In this document: positions 13,929 through 26,318 of the stretch, piece by piece
Layout of the letters: each line of letters opens with the position of its first letter
Numbering within the stretch: position 1 is the first letter of the stretch
Source: Heterodontus francisci
Taxonomy: Eukaryota
Reading direction: 5' to 3'
Assembly (NCBI RefSeq): GCF_036365525.1
Contig: NW_027140807.1
Location: 1,302,001-1,366,000, forward strand
DNA length: 64,000 nucleotides
Program-made: the position numbers and the translations under genes
The notes under the pieces: model-generated
Told to the model about the DNA's origin: nothing
Seen by the model: the letters and a program-made list of their open reading frames with translations, nothing else
Database searches by the model: none

Positions 13929-14381
13929 ATGCATCAGTTACTGTGTCTGATAATCCTGTTTCATTGTAAGTGAGTGTAAAATGCAAAGATTATCGTTAAT
14001 AACTTTCCTCTCCTCTCCCTGTCTCCCTTTCATTCCCAGAAGTTTCCTGTTTACTGATCTCCTCCTCTCTCCATCTCTCTCCCAGATGTGAACTCACAGA
14101 CTATCCACCAGATTCCAGCCGCTGTCTCCAGATTGCGTGGAGAGGCAGTGGAACTGAGGTGCACTGTGGAGGGCACCAGTACTGCTAGAATGTACTGGTA
14201 CAGACAATACCCGGGGAAGGAGCCACTGTTGATGTTTTATTCCAATACTGCTAACTATGTGGATCCAGAGGGGATGGTGGACGGTTTCACAGCCGAGAGA
14301 CCGACTGACTACCAGTTCAACCTGGAGTCCTCCAGCCTGCAGGAGAATCACTCTGCGGTGTATTTCTGTGCCTGGAGTCCT
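13929..14381 (+). CDS. TRBV: TCR beta V segment V5 (family D, TRBV30-like); ORF intact but RSS defective
   Basis: Leader 13929-13965 and V exon 14086-14381 (SQTIHQ..CTVEGTS..WYRQ..YFCAWS). Heptamer is AACAGTG 14382-14388 (invariant first C lost); nonamer is ATAAAAACC 14412-14420. Confidence 0.92.
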
Positions 14382-16757
14382 AACAGTGACTCAGAGAGAT
14401 GGAGCAGTTCAATAAAAACCCCAAAGGCAACAGGAAACACCTGTTTCAGATAAAACCAGGCGGTGCTGCACCCTGTTGGGTGTTTTTATCAATGGGAACA
14501 TGTTTTTCACAAGAAGACAGAGCGGATTGAAATAGAAAGAAATTAGATTCAGAGACAGTGGAAAATTGTGAGATACAATTTAGAGGAATGATACCGGTAC
14601 TGAGAAGTCATAACGATCAAGGAAGTCTGAACAGGCTGGGGGATCGTTTCACCAGAAACGAGAAGACTTCAGGATGAAACTTTAGAGTTCATAGAGAGAT
14701 TATGAAAGGGTTNNNNNNNNNNNNNNNNNNNNNNNNNNNNNNNNNNNNNNNNNNNNNNNNNNNNNNNNNNNNNNNNNNNNNNNNNNNNNNNNNNNNNNNN
14801 NNNNNNNNNNNNNNNNNNNNNNNNNNNNNNNNNNNNNNNNNNNNNNNNNNNNNNNNNNNNNNNNNNNNNNNNNNNNNNNNNNNNNNNNNNNNNNNNNNNN
14901 NNNNNNNNNNNNNNNNNNNNNNNNNNNNNNNNNNNNNNNNNNNNNNNNNNNNNNNNNNNNNNNNNNNNNNNNNNNNNNNNNNNNNNNNNNNNNNNNNNNN
15001 NNNNNNNNNNNNNNNNNNNNNNNNNNNNNNNNNNNNNNNNNNNNNNNNNNNNNNNNNNNNNNNNNNNNNNNNNNNNNNNNNNNNNNNNNNNNNNNNNNNN
15101 NNNNNNNNNNNNNNNNNNNNNNNNNNNNNNNNNNNNNNNNNNNNNNNNNNNNNNNNNNNNNNNNNNNNNNNNNNNNNNNNNNNNNNNNNNNNNNNNNNNN
15201 NNNNNNNNNNNNNNNNNNNNNNNNNNNNNNNNNNNNNNNNNNNNNNNNNNNNNNNNNNNNNNNNNNNNNNNNNNNNNNNNNNNNNNNNNNNNNNNNNGGA
15301 ACAGAGACAGATAGGTAAATAGATATACAGACACTGTTGTGTTTTATTCGCTGACAATGTTGTCTTTCTCCACAGCAACAGCAGAGGCCGGTGTTGGACC
15401 GTGATAAGTATCAGATTATTGATGATGTTTCAATAGGTACTTTGAAACGTGTCTATGAACCTCTCCTGATAATTAAATAACTACATCCCTGTTACAGACT
15501 GGTGAACTGAACACAAGATACCGCAGATGCTGGATGGTTTAGGTTCTTGGGGCTCTGTCGCTATATTGGTGCTCATTGCGTTTCTGGGTTATAAATAAAT
15601 AAGGATGGAAATACTAATCAGGTCAGACAGCCTCTGTGGAGGGGGAAAAATTAACATATCAGGTCCTAGATCATTCAGCAGAACTGGAAGGATTTAGAGG
15701 TCTATCAACTTTTAAGCAGCACAAAGCCAGGGAGAGGGAGAATCGGAGGAATGCTGGAGAGATTTAATAACAAAACTAAGGCTGGTGCAAGACAAAGGGG
15801 AAGTTAATGGGTCAAGTAAAGAACAAGAGATGGGTCTAGTGGAGATGGAAATGGCAGAAACACAATCATTACCAACAAACCTCTGCCCATATAAACCGGA
15901 GCAGTGGTTATGATCAGAAATTGTTTAACTCACTGTTGAGCCCAGAAAGCTGTCAAGAATCCAATTGAAAGATGAGGTGCTTTTCTTCGAGTTTCTGTTG
16001 AGCTTCACTGGAGCAGAGAAGGAGGTCGAGGACAGAGAGGTGGGAGTGGGAATGAGAATTAAAAGTATCCGCTAACTAGAATCTCAGGGTCACACTTGCA
16101 GCCTGAATGCAGGATGTTCCACAATGCTGTTAGCCTGTTGCTGTATTTGTTCTCTGCAGCTAGTCCCACTCCCCCTGCCCTTTCTACATAACACTGCACA
16201 TTTTCCTTACGCATAATTATTCAAAATTCCTTTTGAAAGCGACGATTGAAACTGCCTCCCCGCACTCTCAGGTCGTGCATTCCAGATCCTAACCATTCAC
16301 TGTGTCAAAACGTTTCCTCAGTTCACCTTTGGATCTTCTGCCAATTACCATCAATAAGTGACCTCTGGTTCTCAATCAATCCGGTGATGAAACATAGAGA
16401 CAGAGAAGGTGAATCAGGGAGACGTCGTGAGGAAAAGCTCAGTGGAAATGAACGGGACAGAGGGAGACAGAGACAGAAAGATGCACACACACACAAACAC
16501 ACACAGATACAGAGAGAGAAAGAGAGTGAAAGAGTTGTAGACATAAAGCTGGATGTATGCAAATAGAGAGAGAGAGAGAGACATTGTCAACCTACTCCAC
16601 TCTGACTTGTTTACCTGGGCGTCACCAGCTCTGCATCACTTCCTAATGCTCTCCCTGTTCCTCCCAATGATTTGTAAAGAGTGGGTTGGTTATTGACAAC
16701 ACTCATCACTCCTGCTCTCTCCCCTTTGCTGATTCAGAGGGCAGCTTAAAGTAAAAG

Positions 16758-17231
16758 ATGTATCTGTTACTGACTCTGATCACCCTGTTTCACCGTAAGG
16801 CATTTTATTGAAACAATAATTCTACTTAACATTTCTTTTGGTGATGTTTTTATTTATTTATTTCTCTCTTTCTCTCTCCCACTGGACTGAAGTTCCCTGT
16901 TTACTGATCTCCTCCTCTCCCTGTCTCTTTCCCAGATGTGAACTCACAGACTATCCACCAGACTCCCGCCGCTGTCTCCAAATATTCTGAGGAGCAGGTG
17001 AAGCTGAAATGCACCGTGCAGGGCAGCAGTAACCCTGACATGTTCTGATACAGACAATACCCGGGGAAGGAGCCACAGTTTATGTTTTACTCCAAAGGTA
17101 CTGATCACATAAATCTGGAGAAGGCGGTGGACGGTTTCACCGCCGAGAGACCGACCAGCTCCCAGTTCAATCTGGAGCCCTCCAGCCTGCGGGAGAATCA
17201 CACGGCCGTGTATTTCTGTGCCTGGAGAGAT
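16758..17231 (+). pseudogene. TRBV: V6 (family D) pseudogene with a stop at the conserved Trp and a perfect RSS
   Basis: Leader 16758-16794 and V exon 16936-17231. TGA at 17046-17048 replaces the W of WYRQ. RSS: CACAGTG 17232-17238, 23-bp spacer, ACAAAAACC 17262-17270. Confidence 0.93.
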
Positions 17232-19073
17232 CACAGTGACTCAGAGAGTTGGAGCAGTTCAACAAAAACCTCAAAGGCAGCAGGAAACACCTGTGGAGGG
17301 TAAAACTGCCCGGAGCCTCGAATTTCTTTCGTTTTGCAGAGCGAAAGTGTTTATGATAACAAGAAGAGATGGGTCAGAGTGGTAGTGAGAGATTAGATAT
17401 ACAGGTAGTAGAGAATTTGCTAAGAACAATTGACAAGGATAACACGAGATCTGAGGTTCTAACTATCAGGAAAGATCAACTATAAAACGACTTGAGTTCT
17501 TCTGCATTGCCACTGAGTTTTCCTCCTCTGCAGGGTTAACAAAGGGTGCTCTCGGACCATGCATGCACAATGGCCTGGCAAACATTTAATAGGAAAACAG
17601 AAAGAGGCAGAGATCATACAGCCCTCGAGCTTCATACACATTGACAGGAGAAGCACATTCATCACCTTAGAGAGGGATACACACACACTCAACGAGAGAG
17701 ACAAAGAGAGGGAGACCGAATGTGTGAGAGAGGGATAGAACAAGATTGAGAGGAAAACTGACAGAGACAGAGAGACTGAGACAGAGAGACAGAGACTGAG
17801 ACAGATAGACTGAGACAAAGAGACAGAGAGACTGAGACTGAGACAGAGAGAGGCTGAGAGAGACTGAGAGAGACTGAGAGAGAGACTGAGAAAGAGAGAT
17901 TGAGACATAGAGGAGAAGAGAGAGGAGAGCGAGGAGGACAGAGAGGGGGAACAAGAAAGAGCGAGAGGGAAAACAAAAAACACAGAGGAAGAGACTGAGA
18001 CANNNNNNNNNNNNNNNNNNNNNNNNNNNNNNNNNNNNNNNNNNNNNNNNNNNNNNNNNNNNNNNNNNNNNNNNNNNNNNNNNNNNNNNNNNNNNNNNNN
18101 NNNNNNNNNNNNNNNNNNNNNNNNNNNNNNNNNNNNNNNNNNNNNNNNNNNNCTGAGGGAAAGCGACTGAGACAGAGAGACAGACAGAGGAGAGAGAGGA
18201 GGACAGAGAGGTGGAAGAAGGAAGTGCGAGAGAAAAGCAAAAAAAACACAGAGGAAGAGAGTGAGACAGATTGGGAGACAGACACACACACACAGAATGA
18301 GACAGGGAGAGAAAGACAGCAAGCAGTAAAACAGAGGGAGACAGTGAACTAAAGACAGAGCGAGTGAAAAACACACGCACACACATGCACAGCTTTGTAT
18401 CCGTGCCCATTCATCTTCCAGCTCATTGAATAAGAATATCCCGTGATCTCAGGATTGTAACTATCAGGAATGAATAACAATAAAAGGACTGGGGCTGTTA
18501 TAGACTGACACTGTTTATGTTTTCACCACAGGGACAGCTGAGGACGCTCCAGGACCATGTGATGTACAATGGCTTTTGAGAAGGAGTTCACAGGAAAACT
18601 GAAACAGTGAGAGAACATACAGTCCTCCAGATTGATATACATGACCAGGAGAAGGAAATCCACATCCTTAGAGAGCGAGAAGAGAGAGAGAGAGACACAC
18701 ACAGCGAGAGAGACAGAGAGACAAACAAAGAGAGAGAGAGAGACCTAATGTGTGTGTATCTGTGAGAGAGAGAGACTGAAATAAACAGACTGAGACATAT
18801 AGGGAGGCACAGAAGAGAGACAGAGAGGAAGAAGGGAGCATCTCAAGTAAAGGACAGGGAGAGACAGAGAGAGAGAGAGAGAAAGTGGGACATTGGCAAC
18901 CAACTCGATTCTCATTTGTTGATGTGGGAAATGAACGTCACCATCTCTGCATCACTTCCTAATGCTCTCCCTGTTCCTCCCAATGATTTGTAAAGAGTGG
19001 GTTGGTTATTGACAACACTCATCACTCCTGCTCTCTCCCCTTTGCAGATTCAGAAGGCAGCTTAAAGTAAAAG

Positions 19074-19558
19074 ATGTATCTGTTACTGACTCTGATCACC
19101 CTGTTTCACCGTAAGGAATTTTATTGAAACAATAATTCTACTTAACATTTCTTTAGGATATGGTTTTATTTATTTCGTTCTCTCCTTCTCTCTCTTTCTC
19201 TCTCCCCACTGGACTGAATTTCCCTGTTTATTGATCTCCTCCTCTCCCTGTCTCTTTCCCAGATGTGAACTCTCAGACTATCCACCAGACTCCCGCCTCT
19301 GTCTCCAAATTTTCTGAGGAGCAGGTGAAGCTGAAATGCACCGTGGATGGCACCAGGAACCCTTACATGTACTGGTACAGACAATACCCGGGGAAGGAGC
19401 CACAGCTGATGTTTTACTCCCTAACTGCACAAAGGGTGAACTCAGAGGGGACGGTGGAGGGTTTCACCGCCGAGAGACCGACTGACTCCGAGTTCAACCT
19501 GCAGTCCTCCAGCCTGCGGGAGAATCACTCGGCCGTGTATTTCTGTGCCTGGAGAGAT
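19074..19558 (+). CDS. TRBV: TCR beta V segment V7 (family D), apparently functional
   Basis: Leader 19074-19110 and V exon 19263-19558, open. RSS: CACAGTG 19559-19565, 23-bp spacer, ACAAAAACC 19589-19597. Confidence 0.95.
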
Positions 19559-20493
19559 CACAGTGACTCAGAGAGATGGAGCAGTTCAACAAAAACCCTA
19601 AAGGCAGCAGGAAACACCTGTGGAGGGTAAAACCGTTTGGTGCCTCTACCTGTTGTTTCCTTATTCAGAGTGACAGTGTTTGTTACAATAAAAAGAGTTG
19701 AGTTATGATTGTAGTGACACACTAGATTTACAGGTACTGCCGAGGGTGCAATGAACGATTAATGAGGATGTCACGAGATCTCAGAATGTAACTATCAGGA
19801 ATCAATGACAATAATCTGGGTTTTTATGCACTGACCCTGTGTTTACCTTCTCCACAGGGACAGCAGAGGGGGATCCAGGACCATGGACCAGACAATGGCT
19901 TTGAGAAGGATTTAGTGAGAAAACTAAGAGAGCAGGAGATCATGTCGATCCAGCTTAATATACATCAACAGGACAAGGACACCCACTACTTTAGAGAGAG
20001 AAAGAGAGTGTATGTGTGTGAAAGAGAGAGCGAGGTCCAGTGAGAGAGAGGAAAAACGACAGACAGAGTGAAAGTGACTGAGACAGAGAGGGAGACGGAA
20101 ATCGAGGCAAAGACAGTGAGACAGCAAGAGACACATAATGAGAGAGAGAGACACTGAGAGAGAGACGGAGAGAAAGAGAGACTGAGATAAAGAGCCTGCG
20201 ATGGATAGGGAGACAGAGCTCGAGAGAGACAGAGACAGGGAAATAACTAAAGAGATAACAAGAGTATGAGAGAGGGAGAGTCAGAGAGAAGGAGAGAATG
20301 GGAGACATAACCTTAGATACATGAGGAGAGAGGGAGAGTCAGAGAGAGAAAATGAGTGAAGACAGACTGAGATAGAGAGGGAGAGAGAGTCTGAGAAAGG
20401 AAGAGAGTGGGAGACATAACCCGAGACACATGAGGTGAGAGAGAGAGAGAGACAGCGAGAGAGTGCAAGAGAGCGGAAGGTAAACTGAGATAG

Positions 20494-20544
<51 letters not shown>

Positions 20545-20731
20545 CAGATTGGCAGCCAATTCAATTCTGATTTGTTGACCTGGGGGAATGGGCGTCTCCA
20601 ACATTGTATCACTTCCTAATGCTCTTCATGTTCCTCCCAATGATTTGTAAAGAGTTGATTTGGACCCTCACAAGAGTCTAAGCTCCTGCTCTCACTCCTG
20701 TGTCTATTAAGAGAACAAGTTGAAGTGAAAG

Positions 20732-21187
20732 ATGTATCAGTTACTGTGTCTGATAATCCTGTTTCATTGTAAGTGAGCATGAAATGCAAAGATTATCGTT
20801 AATAACCTTCCTCTCCTCTCCCTGTCTCCCTTTCATTCCCAGATGTTCCCTGTTTACTGATCACCTACTCTCTCCATCTCTCTCCCAGATGTGAACTCAC
20901 AGACTATCCTCCAGACTCCCGCTGCTGTCTCCAGATTTCCCGGGAAAGGAGTGGAACTGAGGTGCACAGTGGAGGGGAGCAGCAGTAACATCTACATGTA
21001 CTGGTACAGACAAGAGCCAGGGAAGGAGCCGCTGTTGATGTTTTACTCCAATACTGCTAATTATGTGGATCCAGAGGGGACGGTGGACGGTTTTACCGCC
21101 AAGAAACTGAATAAGTACGAGTTCAAACTGGAGTCCTCCAGCCTGCGGGAGAATCACTCGGCCGTGTATTTCTGTGCCTGGAGTCTT
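20732..21187 (+). CDS. TRBV: TCR beta V segment V8 (family D), apparently functional
   Basis: Leader 20732-20768 and V exon 20889-21187, open. RSS: CACAGTG 21188-21194, 23-bp spacer, ACAAAAACC 21218-21226. Confidence 0.95.
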
Positions 21188-21553
21188 CACAGTGACTCAG
21201 AGAGATGGAGCAGTTCAACAAAAACCCCAAAGGCAGCAGGAAACACCTGTTTCAGATAAAACCAGGCGGTGCTGCTTCCTGTTGGTTGTTTTTTTTTATC
21301 ATTGGGAACATTTTTCTCACAAGAAGACAGTGCGGATTTAAATAGAAAGTGACAGGTTAGATATAGAAGCACAGGGGAATTGTGGAATAGACTGTACAGG
21401 AATGATATCAGAACACAGAGGTTAAAGTTATCAAGAAAGTTTGAACATCGGGGATCAGAAACTGAAGGGTAAACATTTAACGGTCTTAGAGAGATTATTA
21501 CAGATTTTAATATGTGAAATGAAGATCAGATAAACACAGTTAGATAGAGAGAG

Positions 21554-21596
<43 letters not shown>

Positions 21597-22187
21597 CATC
21601 CGTTGTCGTTGGATGTCACGGTGTTTTCTTTCTCCAAAGGGACAGCAGAGTGCGCTGTTGGACCATGATAAACATCAGAGTCTGGAACACACTTTAACAG
21701 ATACCTGGGAACACAAGGAGAACATTCATCACCTCGGAAACACTCCGCCCTTCAATGAGATCATGACTGATCAGTAACGTCCTGTCGCTCCCTCTCTCCA
21801 TCCCTCTCTCTCCCTCTCTCCATCCCTCTCTCTCCATCCCTCTCTCTCCCTCTCTCTCCCTCTCTCCATCCCTCTCCCTCCAAACCTCTCCCTCTCTCTA
21901 GCCCTCACTACACGGTGGCAAACAACCCCACAATGTATAGGAACTAACTCAGCTCGGAACCCTTAACCATCTGAGCGCTGTTTCACACTGTTCAAAAGTG
22001 AGACCCCTCTCCAGATACCTTCATCTCCGGGACTGGGACGTCTGCCTCCTGACGGCGAGTTCAGAAGCTGCTGAAAACTCTTTACCCACTTCCATCTCGG
22101 ACTCGAGTCACATTTGATGTGTTCTTCAAAGAAACTAGCAGTTCAGACCAGTAAACAATTTAACCCCTTAACTCTCATTCACCACGG

Positions 22188-22545
22188 AGGTACGGTAGCA
22201 GAGCAGTTATGTTTCTGGACTAGTAATCCAGAGGCCTGGACTAATGATCCCCAGATATGAGTTCAATTCTCAGCAGGGGCACAAATGGAATTTAAATTCA
22301 ATTAAATAAATAAAAATCTATCAGAGAAAGCATGAGTAATCCTGAACATGAAGTGTCGTAAAAACCCAATGTGTTCACTGATGACATTCAGGGAAGGAAA
22401 TCTGCCGTCCTTACCCGGTCTGGCCTATATGTGACTGCAGACCCACAGCAATGTGGTTGACTGTTAACTGCCCTCTGATATGGCCCAGCAGGTATTCCCG
22501 AAGATGGTTCACCATCACCTTCTCAGAGGCAATAAAGGATGGGCA
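22188..22545 (+). mobile_element. tRNA-headed SINE (related copies at about 35900-36300 +, 10850-11110 -, 33578-33810 -, 45690-45825 +)
   Basis: Shared core GGAAGGAAATCTGCCGTCCTTACCCGGTCTGG..CCCACAGCAATGTGGTTGA, with pol III-like boxes at the head. Confidence 0.7.
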
Positions 22546-22832
22546 CACTCTCTGGGTATAGAGGGTTGTTTCCCTGAATTCTACTCTATCAAATCCCTTT
22601 CTGAAATGTGAACACCTCTATTCAATCTCCCCCTATCCTCCTGTGTTGTATCATTCAACAACATTGCTATGTAAAGTAATGGGGTGGAGCAGAGTGTGCA
22701 GTAAGTGACTGCCAATCACAATGACAACCGGATGCTGGGTATTTAATTGGACACAATATAGAAACCGACTGCAAGTGTGTTGTTGAAAACTCCACACGTT
22801 CACACATCGAGTTAGTATCGAATGAAGAAATC

Positions 22833-23566
22833 ATGTTGCTTGAAGTTCTCAGTCTAATCTTGATGGCTGCACTCTTCCCACGTAAGTCAAAGTCTGAAAC
22901 TGTAGAATAATGTATTGCAATGTCAGCTGTGATTCTGTTCCATAACACTCCTGTGTCTGAGTCTCACTCCAGAACTCTTGAGCTCAAAGTCAAGGCTAAC
23001 ACCCCAGGTGTCAGGACTGAGGGAGTGCAGCACTGTCACAGAGGCAGTACTGAGGGGGTGCTGCACTGTCGCAGCGGCAGTACTGAGGGAGTGCTGCACT
23101 GTCGCAGAGGCAGTACTGAGGGAGTAACTACATTGGTTGCAAAGCCCTTTCTGATGTCCTGAGGTCCTGAGCGGCGCTACATTAATGCAAGGCCTTGCTA
23201 TCTTGCAATGCAGTCCCTTCTCCAATCCATTATTGACTGAAATAATAATCTAATCGATGTTCCGTCCCACAGGAATACTCGCCTCCTATGTGGAACAGTC
23301 ACCCTCGATCCTATCGATTGCAGCAGGAGAGTCGACAACACTCAGATGCACGCTGACCAATACTGCCTATTCCTATATGTACAGGCACAGACAACAACCA
23401 GACAGGGCACTGGAAGCTCTGTTCTATTCTGCTACAGAAGGGTCTGTTACCAATTACACGTCCGAGTCATTTAAGGCAGTCAGAGCCAGCGATACACTGT
23501 TTACTTTGGCACTGAGAGACGCCGCTCCATCTCACACCGCTGTCTATTTCTGCGCTTGCAGTATCG
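22833..23566 (+). CDS. TRBV: TCR beta V segment V9 (family E); open frame but conserved Trp replaced by Arg (ORF or possible pseudogene)
   Basis: Leader 22833-22881 (MLLEVLSLILMAALFP) and V exon 23273-23566. It reads MYRHRQQ instead of MYWYRQ (AGG at 23383-23385) and ends YFCACSI. RSS: CACAGTG 23567-23573, 23-bp spacer, GCAAAAACC 23597-23605. Confidence 0.88.
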
Positions 23567-23624
23567 CACAGTGTTTGAGAAAGCGGATCCGCAGCAGCAA
23601 AAACCTGCAGCGGATGAACGGGAG

Positions 23625-24115
23625 TTCAGTGCTCATCTTCCACCGGCAGGGGGCAGCAGCAGATTGTATCTCAATGCTCATTTTCCACCAGCAGGGGGCA
23701 GCAGTAGATTGAATCTCAGTTATCATCTTCCAACGGCAGAGGGGCAGCAGTAGATTGAATCTCAGTTATCATCTTCCACCGGCAGGGGCAGCAGTAGATT
23801 GAATCTCAGTGCTCATCATCCACTGGCAGGGGGCAGCAGTAGATTGAATCTCAGTGCTCATCTTCCCCCTGCAGGGGGCAGCAGTGGATTGAATCTCAGT
23901 GCTCAACTTCCACCGGCAGGAGGCAGCAGTAGATTGAATCTCAGTGCTCATCCTCCACCGGCAGGGAGCAGCAGTTGATTGAATCTCAGTGCTCATCTTC
24001 CACCGGCAGGGGGCAGTAGTAGATTGAATCTCAGTGCTCATCTTCCACCGGCAGGGGGCAGCAGTAGATTGAATCTCAGTGCTCATCTTCCACCGGCAGG
24101 GGGCAGCAGTAGACT
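23625..24115 (+). repeat. 45-bp minisatellite, 11 copies, each containing a CTCF-like core
   Basis: Unit GAATCTCAGTGCTCATCTTCCACCGGCAGGGGGCAGCAGTAGATT. Overlapping ORFs show the matching 15-aa periodicity. Confidence 0.95.
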
Positions 24116-26318
24116 GACTGCTCATTTTCTGCAACCAGTTCATGGAATCATCTTGGATAACAGAACAGAAGGAGACCATTCGGCCCATCTCCCCCGTACT
24201 GGCTTCTTTGAAAGAACTGTCCAGTTTATGCTCTTCCCCCCTGCTACTTCCCCATAGCCATGCACATTGATTCCATTCACGTGTGCAATCCATTGCCTTT
24301 TGAATGTTCATGTTCAAGGTGCTTCCAACACCCTTTCAGACAGTGCTAGCCACATCATAACAACTCGCTGCTTAAACAAATCATCACATCTCCCCCCTCC
24401 CCCCACTTATTCATCTGCCAGTTACATTTAATCAATGTCTCCTGGTTGCCTTCTGCCGAAAGAAGCAGCTTCTGTTCATTTATAGTTTTAAAATAATTAT
24501 TTATTGAGATGTGAGCATCGCTGACCAGTCCAACATTTGCTATCCATCCCAAATTGCCCTTGAGAAGGTGGTGGTGAGCTGCCTTCTTGAACCACTGCAG
24601 TCCATGTGGGGTAGGTCCACCCACGGTCCTGTTAGGAATGGAGTTCCAGGATTTTGACCCAGCGACAGTGAAGGAACGGCGATATAGTTCCAAGTCAGGA
24701 TGGCATGTGGCTTGAAGGAGAACCTGCAGTTGGTGATGTTCCCGTGCATCTGCTGTCCTTGTCCTTCTAGGTGTTGGAGGTCGTGGTTTTGGAAGGTGTT
24801 GTCGAAGGAGCCTTGGTGCATTGCTGCAGTGCATTTTCTATATAGTACACACTGCTGCCACTGTGCATCGGTGGTGGAGGGGTGAAAGTTTGTGAATGGG
24901 GTGCCAATCAAGCGGGCTGTTTTGTCCTGGATGGTATCGAGCTTCTTCAGTGTTGTTGGAGCCACACTCTAGTGGAGAGTATTCCAACACACTCCTGACT
25001 TGTACCTTATAGATGGTGGACAGGCTTTGGGGAGTCAGGAGGTGAGGTACTCAAGACTCAACGTGCGCTGCCTGAGTGGGTAGAACTGTCCTCTCTGAGT
25101 TAGAAGGACCCACTCCACAGACTGGAGCCAAGAAAAAGGCTGACACTTTAGTGCCAAAAAACTGCAGGTAAGTCAAAACAAATCCACCGAGCAAAAATGT
25201 CGTACCGAAATGCATGTTTCATACTATTTTCCCTGATTAAGCAGAATTAACGCACACAATTTTGAATGCAACACAAACGCAACAAATTGATGCTAAACCC
25301 TTTATAAAAAGCCTGTTTTGGCTTCAACCGGTGTGCTACGTCCACTTCTGTACATGACATTGTTGGGAGGATGCAGAGGGTGCAAAGGAGATTTACAAGG
25401 AGGTGACCGGGCGTGAGGGATTTCAGCTATGTGGAGATGTGGGAGAAGCTGTTCATTGTAACACACAAGGTTCCAAAAAGCCCCAGAACCCTATCCAGAA
25501 GGTTAGGGGTGCGATGCTGGACCACACCACTGCTCATTCAATCCACACACATTGGAATGTTTCCCATTCCATCCATGGTCTCCTCACTTCATGTCAAGTG
25601 CATCTATGGAATAGTTAACTTGTCACCCCACTCCTGGTCTAACCTTTAACATTTCCATTGTTACCGAGTCCTGATGGATATTTAAGAAAGAAAGTGAACA
25701 TTTACTCTTGTAACATCTCAGCTTTTCTGAAATGACCCTCCCAGCAATGCACACATCCCATCACTGAATACATTCAGATACAATTGGAAGTGAACAAGCT
25801 TGATAATGATGGTAGAGTGAGCATCTTTTCATGGTTATGAGGCTGCTGAGGGTGAGGCTGACACAGATGCTGGCGGTCGGGAGGAGGGTGACAATGTGGC
25901 CTCAGATGGTAATGATGAGTGTGAGGATGGTGTCAGGATGAATGTGGTTATGATCAGGGGAGTATTGAAGGTATTGATGATCCCAACACACCCGCTCATT
26001 TAATCACCTCTCCACCACAGAAGATAGTTTACATCACATTTACTCCCTTCCTTTCAGCAACTTTCAAAGACATGAAACAGAACTGCAGGCCCAGAAACCG
26101 ATGAGCTGAGGGTCAAACATTGGTCCCTCCCCAGAAATGACGAGTCCTCGGTGAGCCCATGAGCAAAGAAAGAAAGCTTGGCTCCGCATAGGCAAGTGTT
26201 GAAGATGATGGAGACGGAAGCTATAAATTCCAGTCAGTACCCAGAACTTTGGGGTACTCGACAATACAAGTGCTCAGTCATTTCATATAAAACCACACGG
26301 ATCCTTCACCCTCCAGAG

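Noticed and set aside
14669-18410. ORFs spanning N runs and (GA)n tracts
   Set aside because: Artefacts of assembly gaps and low-complexity sequence.
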